From positions 12,679 through 76,678 of the forward strand of contig CAYRHJ010000028.1 of assembly GCA_964424105.1 (NCBI GenBank): a DNA stretch of 64,000 nt, read 5' to 3'. Positions 18,882 through 28,171 of this stretch are shown here, in pieces; the stretch's first letter is position 1; each line of letters begins with the position of its first letter. The position numbers and the translations under genes are program-made. Under the pieces are notes generated by a model, which saw nothing but the letters and a program-made list of their open reading frames with translations, did not search any database and had not been told where the DNA came from. Source of the stretch: an uncultured Phycisphaeraceae bacterium. GTDB taxonomy: Bacteria > Planctomycetota > Phycisphaerae > UBA1845.

Positions 18882-19826
18882 ATGAGTGAACTTCGATCGG
18901 TCATCGAGGAAGTTGCGCGGTTGTCCCAGGACGGTCAGCCGGCGGCTTTGTGCACCATCGTCAAGACCAAGGGATCGACGCCGCAATCGTCCGGGGCGAC
19001 GATGTTGTTGCGCGGCGATTTCAGCACGATGGGCACGTTGGGAGGCGGCTGCGTTGAAGCGGAGGTCCGCAAGCGGGCGTTTGAGATGTTGCAGCGAGGC
19101 GAGTCAGCCGTTCTGGATTTCGTGCTGGATCATGATTATGGATGGGACGATGGGTTGATTTGCGGCGGGCGCATGGACGTGGCCGTTATGACGGTCGATC
19201 CGGCGCGTGATGGGACGGCGTTTCGCCGGGCGCTATCAGAAGCGAATTCCCGTCAACCGACGCACGTATCACTTCTCGTTCGCGAAAATGGCGAGCTGGT
19301 CGAATACCGCGTGCACGTGGAAGTTCCGCCCAAGCTGCTCATCGTGGGGGCTGGGCACGTCGGGCACGCCCTCGCCCGGTTGGCGGCGGATTTGGAATTT
19401 GACATCAAGGTGTTCGACGACCGAGCCGACTACGCCACGTCCGATCGGTTTGGCAGCCACGTCGAGTTGATCGTCGATGACATCGCCGCGGCGTTGCAAC
19501 GCTTTCCGATCGATTCCAGTTGTTATGTTGTGATTGTGACGCGCGGGCATCAACACGATCAGCAGGCTTTGCAAGCGGTCGTGCGGGGGAATGCGGGTTA
19601 CATCGGTCTGATCGGTAGTCGGCGCAAAGCCAAGCTGATCTATAGCGATCTTCGCGAAGGCGGCGTATCGGAGGAGCAGCTCGCCCGCGTGCGCACGCCG
19701 ATCGGATTGCCCATCGGGGCGTTGTTGGTACCGGAGATCGCGGTCAGTATCGCGGCGGAGTTGATCCAGGTGCGGCGGGCGGTCACGCCCCGGCGCGTCG
19801 AGGGGCCAATCGCCGTGGGCGGATGA
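18882..19826 (+). CDS. xdhC: XdhC/CoxI family molybdoenzyme maturation factor
   Basis: TKGSTPQ, GTLGGGCVE, ICGGRMDV, VGAGHVG, VTRGHQHD, IGSRRK and PIGLPIGA..PEIAVSIAAEL motifs. Confidence 0.92.
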   Translation: MSELRSVIEEVARLSQDGQPAALCTIVKTKGSTPQSSGATMLLRGDFSTMGTLGGGCVEAEVRKRAFEMLQRGESAVLDFVLDHDYGWDDGLICGGRMDVAVMTVDPARDGTAFRRALSEANSRQPTHVSLLVRENGELVEYRVHVEVPPKLLIVGAGHVGHALARLAADLEFDIKVFDDRADYATSDRFGSHVELIVDDIAAALQRFPIDSSCYVVIVTRGHQHDQQALQAVVRGNAGYIGLIGSRRKAKLIYSDLREGGVSEEQLARVRTPIGLPIGALLVPEIAVSIAAELIQVRRAVTPRRVEGPIAVGG

Positions 19827-19949
19827 ACGTCATCGTCACGTCAAGAATCGTGGAATCCTTGTTGAAGCGTGTTTCACGCCGCGACGGTGAATCGGCGGAC
19901 GCATAGGCCGGTGGTAGACGCGCGAGTTCCGATCGCGCCCGATAATCCA

Positions 19950-20183
19950 GCCACAGAGGTCACAGAGAAACCCGACAGAATCGCCCTGACCTCCTGGGTC
20001 AGTTCAACGTCGCTCAAACACCCGAACCTCCTGTGTACGTTAGGCACGTTTCCTTGCAAACCGACCCGTAACTTCAACACCAGATGAGCTTTAGCGTTCG
20101 CATTTGCCCGATGGCGCTAGGTTGGGTCCCCTTCACCGCCGGAATTTACCCCAAGGTGTGCGCCTCTCTGTGGCCTCTGTGGC
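19950..20183. repeat. About 234-bp segment bounded by 20-bp imperfect inverted repeats (MITE-like)
   Basis: gccacagaggtcacagagaa (19950-19969) vs ctctctgtggcctctgtggc (20164-20183): 18/20 reverse-complement match; no target-site duplication seen. Confidence 0.55.
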
Positions 20184-20246
20184 CCTGCTCCGCACGTTTG
20201 GCGATGGCGTCCGTTGTCGACGTCCGTAGATGTCGGAAAACAGCGG

Positions 20247-21086
20247 CTAATCCGTGATGCCGCGGATCAGACGCCAATAAAGCAGACGACTGAGAACAGC
20301 CGACCGATACTCGGCGGTGGAACGAATGTCGGAGATGGGAGCGATGTCCCGCCGGATCACGTCGAGCACGTCGCGTGGCGAATTGAATGATTGCGCATCC
20401 TGCATCGCTTGTTCAAACAGGTGACATCGGCAGACGTAGGGCGCGACACTGTTGGCCACCACGCGCCATCCTTTTGCGTCATGAACCACAGCCGCCCCAA
20501 CCTTGGTGATGGTCTGGGCCGATCTTGCCCCCACTTTGTGAAACCACTGCAACGGCCTGGGGCGCCGAGGGATTCGAATGGCGGTGATGAGTTGATTCGG
20601 TTTGCGAACGGTCTGCTTGTAGCCGGTGTAGTATTGATGGACGGGCACTTCGGTGGGGCCATCGATCGATTGCAAGACGACGAGGGCGTCGTAGGCCATC
20701 AGAACGGGGACACCGTCCGCGGCGGGCGAGGCGTTGCCGATATTACCCGCCCACGTGCCACGCGTTTGAATCTGGATGGCACCGACTTGTTTAGCCGCCT
20801 GAATCAACAGCGGAAACTCGTTGGCGATGGGTTGGAAGGCGATTATGTCCCAATAGGTCGTCAGCGCGCCCAATTCCAGAAAATCGTCACCAAGTTGATA
20901 CGCCCGCAATTCCCGCACACCCGACAGGTCCATCAAGACGAGGTCATCCTTGAGCGCATGGTGCCACGAGACCATCAAATCCGTGCCGCCCGCGAACGGC
21001 GTCACGCGTCGTCCGTTGGCCATCATCCGCAACGCGGCCTGGAGATTGGCAGGTCGGAGCAGTTCCACGCTAATTCCTCGTCCCAT
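20247..21086 (-). CDS. Xanthine dehydrogenase family FAD-binding subunit (CoxM/XdhB-like)
   Basis: AGGTDLMV, QIQTRGTWAGNIGNASPAAD and PISDIRSTAEYR motifs. Confidence 0.92.
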   Translation of the reverse strand: MGRGISVELLRPANLQAALRMMANGRRVTPFAGGTDLMVSWHHALKDDLVLMDLSGVRELRAYQLGDDFLELGALTTYWDIIAFQPIANEFPLLIQAAKQVGAIQIQTRGTWAGNIGNASPAADGVPVLMAYDALVVLQSIDGPTEVPVHQYYTGYKQTVRKPNQLITAIRIPRRPRPLQWFHKVGARSAQTITKVGAAVVHDAKGWRVVANSVAPYVCRCHLFEQAMQDAQSFNSPRDVLDVIRRDIAPISDIRSTAEYRSAVLSRLLYWRLIRGITD

Positions 21087-21184
21087 CGACGTTGGAACGT
21101 TGCATGATCGCCACGTCGCGATGATTCAATCGCCGGCCGGCCATATTGGAAGAAAGCCCAGCACGTACAACATTATCGAATGGA

Positions 21185-21658
21185 TCAGTCACCGTTCGAC
21201 GCTCCATCGTGCGCTTGCATCGCCCGTTCGACACCGTCGATGATCCCATCGTACCCGGTGCAGCGGCAGAGATTGCCGGCCATGTAAGTTCGAATGGAAT
21301 AATGCTGCGCGACGTCCGGATGTTTCAACAGCCAAGCCGCGGCCATGACCACGCCCGGCGTGCACGCTCCGCATTGTGACGCGCCGGTGGCGTTCAACGT
21401 TTGGCACAGGTCTTGCGGGATGGATTCAACGGTTCGAATATCCCGACCGGACACCTGAAACGCGGGAACCAGGCAGGAATTGACCGGCAGATCATCCAGA
21501 AGCACGGTGCACGCGCCGCACTCGCCTTCGCCGCAGCCTTCCTTGGTCCCCGGATGCTTGCAATCGTAGCGCAGCAGGTCCAGCAACCGTGCGTCGATCC
21601 GAACGTTGCGCGTGATCGGTTGGCCGTTCAACTGAAACGTCACGTCAATCCGCTGCAT
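21185..21658 (-). CDS. Xanthine dehydrogenase family [2Fe-2S] subunit (CoxS-like)
   Basis: GTKEGCGEGECGACTVLLD..NSC, QCGACTPG and GNLCRCTGY. Confidence 0.93.
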   Translation of the reverse strand: MQRIDVTFQLNGQPITRNVRIDARLLDLLRYDCKHPGTKEGCGEGECGACTVLLDDLPVNSCLVPAFQVSGRDIRTVESIPQDLCQTLNATGASQCGACTPGVVMAAAWLLKHPDVAQHYSIRTYMAGNLCRCTGYDGIIDGVERAMQAHDGASNGD

Positions 21659-23867
21659 GGGACTGGTGCTCCAGGTGTGCAAACAACAGTTCGGGCGTGA
21701 CAGGAATGGTCGTCATGTTGGTTTCCAAAGCCTCACAAATCGCGTTGACCACGGCTGGGGCGGGTCCATCCATGGGCAATTCGCCGATTCCCTTGGCTCC
21801 GCCCGGACCGAATTTCGACGGGCGCTCTTCGAAATAAACACGGATGGGCGGCAGGTCGCTGCTGGCGGGAATGACATAGTTCGTCATCTGGTTGTTGGCC
21901 ATGGCCCCCTCGCGGGACACGACTTCCTCGATCAGCGCCCAGCCGATGCCCTGGGCCACACCGCCCTGAATCTGCCCCCGCGCCAGGACGGGATTGATCA
22001 CCTTGCCGACCTCTTGCAACGCCACGAAATCCGTCACCCTCGTCGCATAGGTGCGAAGATCGACCTCGACGTCCGCGACGTACGCCCCCCAGGAATAGCA
22101 AGCGTAGGCATCGCCGCGATAGGCGGTTTCGTCCCAGTGGATATCCGCGGGCGTTTCGTATCGTGCGGTGCCCAGCAGGTCATCACCGGGATGGGTCCGA
22201 TGCCAGTCTTGAATCGCCACTTGCACGTCGGCCTCTGCTATCGATTCGCCGTTGGACAGTTTGACGACCAATGCCCGGCAAGCCTTGGCAACAAGCGATC
22301 CGACGACCATAGCCGTTCGGCTCGCGACCGTCGGGCCGCTGTTTGGAACACGTGATGTATCAGGAGTGGCTACGATGACCTGGTCCGTCGGCAGGGCCAG
22401 ACTGTCGGCGGCGATCTGCGTCAAAATCGTCACCGTACCCTGACCCATGTCCGTGTTGGCGGTCAGGATTTCGATCCGCCCGTCCGGCAGACCTCGAACC
22501 CACACTTCCGACGCCAATCGCGTTTCACCGCTCCCCGTAAATCCCGCGCCATGATAAAAAGTCGCAAGACCGATTCCCCGCCGCAAATAGGGATGCGATG
22601 CGTTATGTCGCCTGTGCTCCATCCGCTTGTCGCGGTACGCACTCAATTCCAATGCCCGATCCAACAGCGCCGGCATATCTACGTGGTCCTTGACGATTTG
22701 TCCGGTGGCCGTCGTCGCACCGTCGACCAGCAAATTCCTGCGCCGCAGTTCGACGGGTTCGATATCCAGTTGATGGGCGATGACGTTCATGTGACGTTCC
22801 ACCGCGAACAGCGTCTGCGGCGCACCGAATCCCCGAAATGCACCATTGGGTGGCGTATTGGTCAATCTGACTTCACCGCGAATCGCGACGTTGTCACACG
22901 CATACGGGCCGGCGGCGTGAATGACGCCTCGACTCAGCACGACGGCTGACAACGTCGCGTAGGCGCCACCGTCCAAAATGACTTCGATTTCCATGGCCAA
23001 CAGTCTGCCGTCACCATCAAGCGCCGTTCGATGGCGAACCCGGCTGGGGTGGCGCTTGGTCGTGCAGGCCATGTCTTCTTGCCGATCGTAGATGATCTTG
23101 ACCGGCCCGCCGGCTTTTTCCGCCAGCAAGGCGGCGTGAATGGCCAGTATGGACGGATAGTCCTCCTTGCCACCGAAACCCCCACCCACCGGCGTTTGAA
23201 CGACGCGAAACCGTTCCGCGCTTCGGGCAAACAAATGCGTCAGCGCGTCCAAAACGTAAAAGGGGCACTGCATGCTGCCCATCACGACCATCGCACCGTC
23301 TTCCGGATAGGCCAACATCCCCTGGTTTTCAAGATAGACGTGCTCTTGTGAACCCGTCTCGTAGATGCCCGTCACCACGTGCGGAGCCAAGCCCCAGACA
23401 TTTTCAACATTCCCCTTGTTGATCGAAATGCGTTTGAAAACATTGTCCGCGCCGAATTGAACAGCCTCCGGTAACGGAACCGACCACGCATCGCTGACCG
23501 CGGGCAACGGTTCCACGTCGACGTGAATCGCCCGAACCGCACGACGCAATGCCGACGGCGATCGATGGGCAATCAGCAAGATCGGCTCGTGTGGGTGCCT
23601 GATTTCCGAATCCACCAGCGCGGGCTGGTCGGTCTCGATCAATTTCACCTCGTTGGGGCCCGGTATGTCCCGATGATCGACGATGACGAATTCCTTCCAG
23701 GCGATGGATTCGTCAAACCGGATGGCCTTGATGCGGCCACGGGGAACTCGGCTCCGCACCGTCGCGCCGTGATAGACCCCGTCAATGGCGACGTCGTCCA
23801 CGTACGCCGTCCGGCCTTGAAGCTTGTCAAGCCCGTCGATGCGCTGAATGTCGTCGCCGATGGCCAC
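21645..23867 (-). CDS. Xanthine dehydrogenase family molybdopterin-binding subunit (CoxL/XdhA-like)
   Basis: QEHVYLE, GGGFGGKE, AFRGFGAPQ, QIQGGVAQGIG and GAKGIGE (catalytic Glu). GTG at 23867 with GGAG RBS preferred; the frame is open to 23963. Confidence 0.92.
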   Translation of the reverse strand: MAIGDDIQRIDGLDKLQGRTAYVDDVAIDGVYHGATVRSRVPRGRIKAIRFDESIAWKEFVIVDHRDIPGPNEVKLIETDQPALVDSEIRHPHEPILLIAHRSPSALRRAVRAIHVDVEPLPAVSDAWSVPLPEAVQFGADNVFKRISINKGNVENVWGLAPHVVTGIYETGSQEHVYLENQGMLAYPEDGAMVVMGSMQCPFYVLDALTHLFARSAERFRVVQTPVGGGFGGKEDYPSILAIHAALLAEKAGGPVKIIYDRQEDMACTTKRHPSRVRHRTALDGDGRLLAMEIEVILDGGAYATLSAVVLSRGVIHAAGPYACDNVAIRGEVRLTNTPPNGAFRGFGAPQTLFAVERHMNVIAHQLDIEPVELRRRNLLVDGATTATGQIVKDHVDMPALLDRALELSAYRDKRMEHRRHNASHPYLRRGIGLATFYHGAGFTGSGETRLASEVWVRGLPDGRIEILTANTDMGQGTVTILTQIAADSLALPTDQVIVATPDTSRVPNSGPTVASRTAMVVGSLVAKACRALVVKLSNGESIAEADVQVAIQDWHRTHPGDDLLGTARYETPADIHWDETAYRGDAYACYSWGAYVADVEVDLRTYATRVTDFVALQEVGKVINPVLARGQIQGGVAQGIGWALIEEVVSREGAMANNQMTNYVIPASSDLPPIRVYFEERPSKFGPGGAKGIGELPMDGPAPAVVNAICEALETNMTTIPVTPELLFAHLEHQSHAAD

Positions 23868-24041
23868 CGGGGGCTTGCTCCATTCGACAGTGATCGTTTG
23901 CCAGGGGCGCGTCGATCGCGACCACGATAAAAAATTCGATGTCCGACAGGCGGCCCGGTTCATTACCGAGGCTGCGTGCTTTCTAGTTCCATGATATATT
24001 GCGGGTCAGGACTCGCAAGAAAACTTCCGCGGGACAGGTGA

Positions 24042-25778
24042 ATGAACAAATCGGATTTGAAACATCGGATTGATGCGGCGGCTGGACGCGTGCCCGCCGA
24101 CCTGGTCCTGCGGAACGGCAGAATCATCAACGTGTATTCCTGCGACATTCACGAGGGCGACGTAGCCATCGTCGGAAATCGAATCGTCGGGATCGGGTCC
24201 TACGAGGGCCTCGAAACCATCGATCTGGACGGTCGATTCGTCAGTCCGGGCTTCATCGACGGTCACGTTCACATCGAATCATCGATGTTGAATGTTCCTG
24301 AATACGCCCGGACGGTGGCCGTTCGGGGAACGGTTTGCGTCATCGCCGATCCCCACGAGATCGCCAACGTCATGGGCGCGGAAGGAATCCGCTACATGCT
24401 GGCGTCAGCCAAGCGCTGCCCCATCCACGTGTACATGATGGCGAGTTCCTGTGTTCCCGCGTCCCAGTTTGAAAGTTCCGGCGCGGAGCTGTCCGCCCTC
24501 GACCTGCAATCGCTGCTGGGCAACAAGTGGGTCATCGGGCTGGCGGAGATGATGAACTACCCCGGCGTCATCGCCGCGAACGAGGATTGTCTGCAAAAAA
24601 TACGCGTGGCCGGTCAGCGACCCATCGATGGCCACGCGCCCGGCGTCACCGGTCGAGATTTGTGCGCCTATGCGACGGCTGGTATTGAAAGCGATCACGA
24701 ATGCACCACGCTCGACGAAGCCAAGGAAAAACTGCGGCAAGGCTTCTACATCATGATTCGCCAGGGCAGCGCCGCCCGAAACCTCGACGCCCTGCTGCCG
24801 TTGGTCCGCCCGGACACCCTGGATCGATTCATCTTCGTCACGGACGACAAGGACATCGGCGATTTGAAAACCGAAGGCCACATGGATCACATGATCCGTC
24901 GGGCCATCGAGTTCGGCATCAAGCCGGTTCACGCCATCAAGATGGCGTCGCTCAACACAGCCCGTTATTTCGGTCTCAAGCGGCTGGGCGGCATCGCCCC
25001 GGGTCGGTTCGCGTCCTTCGCGATCCTGAACGATCTCGAAAAATGCACCGTTTCCAGCGTCTATCATCTTGGCAAACGGGTGGCCCACGAAGGACAGATG
25101 ACGCTTCCTGCGGCCAGCAAAGACCAGCCGCAGATCATTCGCAGTTCCATCAACGTGCAATGGATCGAACCGGAGCATTTCGCCGTGCCCGTGAATTCGG
25201 GCGAGCCCCGTTCGGTGCACGTGATCGAAGTTCGCGAAGCCCGAATCGACACCGAGCGATCGACGGAACGTCTGCCCGTCGTCGACGGCTGCCTGCATGC
25301 CGACCCAAGTCGCGACGTGTGCAAAATTGCCGTGATCGAACGGCATCAAGCCAGCGGGCGAATCGCCGTGGGCTTCGTTCGTGGGTTCGGTTTTTCATCG
25401 GGAGCTATCGCCTCCACCGTCAGCCATGATGCCCACAACCTTGTCGTCGCCGGCACGAACGATCGCGACATGTACGAAGCCGCCATCCATCTGGTCAAAA
25501 TTCGCGGCGGGCAGTGCGCCGTCGATCAGGGGAGGGTGATGGCATCGGTTCCGCTTCCCATCGCCGGGCTGATGACCGACGTGGATGCCGACACGCTGGA
25601 TGCTCAGCTTTCCCGGCTCCACGAAGCGACCGCCACATTGAACGGCAAACTCCGCCGACCGTTCATGGCCTTGTCATTCCTGTGTTTGTCGGTGATCGGC
25701 AAACTGAAGATCACGGATCGTGGCCTGGTCGACGCGGACAAATTCGAGCTGATCGACCTGATGTGTGAATCGACGTAG
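24042..25778 (+). CDS. ade: Adenine deaminase
   Basis: PGFIDGHVHIESS, DPHEIANVMG, GLAEMMN, DGHAP, DHEC, TDD and STVSHDAHN motifs. Confidence 0.95.
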   Translation: MNKSDLKHRIDAAAGRVPADLVLRNGRIINVYSCDIHEGDVAIVGNRIVGIGSYEGLETIDLDGRFVSPGFIDGHVHIESSMLNVPEYARTVAVRGTVCVIADPHEIANVMGAEGIRYMLASAKRCPIHVYMMASSCVPASQFESSGAELSALDLQSLLGNKWVIGLAEMMNYPGVIAANEDCLQKIRVAGQRPIDGHAPGVTGRDLCAYATAGIESDHECTTLDEAKEKLRQGFYIMIRQGSAARNLDALLPLVRPDTLDRFIFVTDDKDIGDLKTEGHMDHMIRRAIEFGIKPVHAIKMASLNTARYFGLKRLGGIAPGRFASFAILNDLEKCTVSSVYHLGKRVAHEGQMTLPAASKDQPQIIRSSINVQWIEPEHFAVPVNSGEPRSVHVIEVREARIDTERSTERLPVVDGCLHADPSRDVCKIAVIERHQASGRIAVGFVRGFGFSSGAIASTVSHDAHNLVVAGTNDRDMYEAAIHLVKIRGGQCAVDQGRVMASVPLPIAGLMTDVDADTLDAQLSRLHEATATLNGKLRRPFMALSFLCLSVIGKLKITDRGLVDADKFELIDLMCEST

Positions 25779-25866
25779 CCCGAGAGTTGTACAATCTGCC
25801 CGTGGAATGGAATTGGGTTTGGAATGGACCGACGCTGAACGGACATTCAAGGACCTGGGGACAGTG

Positions 25867-27165
25867 ATGAACGAGCTTTCACCACCGCGCGAAACTGATC
25901 CGCGAGCGTCGAACCATCTCGACGCCCTCTCCGCGGGCGTTCCGCCGTCCGCGGCGCCGGTCACCGCTGCCGAACGCATCAACAGCATCGATGTGCTCCG
26001 CGGGGTCGCATTGTCGGGCGTTCTGCTGATGAACATGCAGGCCTTCGCCATGCCCTTCTGCGCCTACATGAACCCCAAATCGTATCGCAACGATGACCCG
26101 CTCAACTTTCCCTTGTGGTGCATCAATCACGTGCTCGCCGACGGAAAATTCATCACCATCTTTTCCATGCTGTTCGGTGCGGGCATCGTCTTGATGACCT
26201 CGCGGGCGAAAGCACGAACGGGTCGATCGTTGTCCGTGCACTATCGGCGAATGTTCTGGATGGCCATCTTCGGCTGCATGCATGGGATATTCATCTGGCA
26301 CGGCGACATCGTGTTGACCTACGCAGTCTGCGGATTGTTCGCCTACTGGTTTCGCAACCGATCGCCGCGGCTCCTCATCATTGTCAGCTTGGCATTGATG
26401 GGTGTGACAGCGCTGTTGATGGCCAACTTCGACAAAATGATGGATGGCATGTCGCCGGATGAGCTTCAAAAAATGTCCGACATGTGGTCTCCCTCGGCTG
26501 AAAAGATCGCCCTATACGAAGCCACCTACCGGGGCGGTTATCTGACCCATCTGTCGAAACGATTCGACGAGTGGCAGGAGATGATGGGCTTCCTGATGAT
26601 TTTCGGCGGGCGAGTGCTGGGCGTCATGTTGCTCGGCATGGCCCTGTTCAAGAGCGACGTCTTGTCGGCAGCAAGGTCGAACAAGTTCTACGCGACGTTG
26701 ATGGTCATCGGGTTCGGCGCGGGGCTGCCCCTCGCAGCCTACGGCATCTACAACCAGGATGTTCATGGATGGACGATGGAGCACAGCTTCGGACGCGGTT
26801 CGCTTTTCAATTATGCCGGCAGCCTCTTTTCCGCGTTCGGGTGGATCGGCGTGGTCATGTGGATGTGCCGCTCCGACCGCTGGCCGGGGTTGAAAAAAAG
26901 ATTCGCCGCCGTGGGGCAAATGGCTTTCACCAATTACATCATGCACTCGGTCATCTGCACAACCATCTTCTATGGACACGGATTGGGATATTTTGGTCGG
27001 GTGGGCCGTGTGGGACAGCTTTTGCTCGTACTGGCCATCGTCATGGTGCAGTTGTGGTATTCGCCGATTTGGCTGAAACTATTTCGATTCGGTCCGTTGG
27101 AATGGGCCTGGCGAAGTCTAACGTATTGGAAACGACAGCCGTTTCATTGCCCGCGACCCGCGTGA
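25867..27165 (+). CDS. DUF418 (YeiB-like) membrane protein
   Basis: ERINSIDVLRGVALSG..MN, KFITIFSMLFGAG, GQMAFTNYI and FRFGPLEWAWRSLTY; many TM helices. Confidence 0.9.
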   Translation: MNELSPPRETDPRASNHLDALSAGVPPSAAPVTAAERINSIDVLRGVALSGVLLMNMQAFAMPFCAYMNPKSYRNDDPLNFPLWCINHVLADGKFITIFSMLFGAGIVLMTSRAKARTGRSLSVHYRRMFWMAIFGCMHGIFIWHGDIVLTYAVCGLFAYWFRNRSPRLLIIVSLALMGVTALLMANFDKMMDGMSPDELQKMSDMWSPSAEKIALYEATYRGGYLTHLSKRFDEWQEMMGFLMIFGGRVLGVMLLGMALFKSDVLSAARSNKFYATLMVIGFGAGLPLAAYGIYNQDVHGWTMEHSFGRGSLFNYAGSLFSAFGWIGVVMWMCRSDRWPGLKKRFAAVGQMAFTNYIMHSVICTTIFYGHGLGYFGRVGRVGQLLLVLAIVMVQLWYSPIWLKLFRFGPLEWAWRSLTYWKRQPFHCPRPA

Positions 27166-27207
27166 AGCTGAACGAATCGGCCCTGATCAACGAAAGGAGC
27201 GTCAACG

Positions 27208-27333
27208 ATGCCTGAAGGCTGTAATCCTGAGCCGTCCAGCGCGCTGGGCGAACAGCACAAGAAATTCGAATCGTTCGTCGGAACGTTCAAAGCCAACGTC
27301 AAAATGTGGATGGGTTCGGGCGTGATATTCTGA
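27208..27333 (+). pseudogene. Truncated N-terminal fragment of a DUF1579-like protein
   Basis: AAGGAG RBS then MPEGCNPEPSSALGEQHKKFESFVGTFKANVKMWMGSG-VIF*; resembles the DUF1579 N-terminus (recalled) but stops after 41 aa. Confidence 0.55.
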
Positions 27334-27524
27334 TTGGGCTGCCGCCGTGGTCGATTGATCTGGCCGCTACGGTAATCGCCATGCGAATTCGCGCCGGCAC
27401 TGTCATCACGCGGAGATTGGCCGATGAAACGCAACGACCCGGCAGGGCTGTTGCGGGGATAGGGGGAACCTCCCCATATGAACCGTGCGACGGGTCGTCA
27501 TCGCATCCGACCGCCCGGCGCACC

Positions 27525-27606
27525 TGCGCGAGGGGAGACTCGAACTCCCACGGGTTTCCCCACAGGAACCTAAATCCTGCGCGTCTGCCAATTCCGCCAC
27601 TCGCGC
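27525..27606 (-). tRNA. tRNA-Leu (anticodon TAG)
   Basis: Minus strand GCGCGAGTGGCGGAATTGGCAGACGCGCAGGATTTAGGTTCCTGTGGGGAAACCCGTGGGAGTTCGAGTCTCCCCTCGCGCA: acceptor stem, D-arm, TAG loop, long variable arm and TTCGA T-loop; CCA not encoded. Confidence 0.95.
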
Positions 27607-27728
27607 GAATGATCGGCAGCCTACGACAAAGACCCCATCCGCGAAAGGCCCCCGGCGGCGCAGTCAAGGTCTTTCAGTTTTGGGCATTTCGCCATGGTAT
27701 TGCGAGCAGGATCGTGCCGATCGTCACT

Positions 27729-27787
27729 CCGGCGCAAGCCGGAGTCCAGGCAGCGTTCTTCTGGATTCCGGCGTTCGCCGGAATGAC
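27729..27787. repeat. dRS3/CIR-like palindrome family (gtcattccggcg...gccggaatcca)
   Basis: ctggattccggcgttcgccggaatgacg at about 27760; related copies at about 18735, 44077-44130 and 60845-60892. Confidence 0.75.
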
Positions 27788-27805
27788 GGATGCGGGGCGT
27801 ACGCA

Positions 27806-28050
27806 GTCGTCGAGACGTTGCAGGCCCCATACGCCGTCGTCGAGACGTTGCAGGCCCCGGCGGGGCCATCGAGAATAGCCCGGCGATTTATCGCCGGGGT
27901 GGCGTTCGTTCAGTGAGGTGAACGAGTCCCGTAGGAACGACTGACCCACGGCAGGAGTTTCAGCCGTCCCTCCGGGACTTCTCTTCGGCGGATCGATGGG
28001 GTTCCCGGCGATGAATCGCCGGGCTACTTTCGCACCGTCCCGCCGGGACG
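27806..28050. repeat. REPIN/MITE-like non-autonomous element, copy 1
   Basis: Inner inverted palindromes tagcccggcgatttatcgccggg ... cccggcgatgaatcgccgggcta and gtcccgtagg..cgactga / tcagccgtccc..gggac; about 140 bp nearly identical to 52364-52503; starts with a 23-bp direct duplication (27806 and 27836). Confidence 0.8.
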
Positions 28051-28171
28051 CGGAACGTACGTACCACCAGCCGCCGATTGTGTCACGCACCCTCAGTGAA
28101 ACACCGCCCAGCTCGGCGATTGACACAAGCATTCGCCTCTCAACTGCGAGCATCCTGTCGATGCGTCACCA

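Noticed and set aside
27331-27375. Sec read-through of the DUF1579-like stub
   Set aside because: The TGA is not at a Cys position, the downstream frame (LGCRRGRLIWPLR*) shows no family resemblance, and no hairpin was seen.
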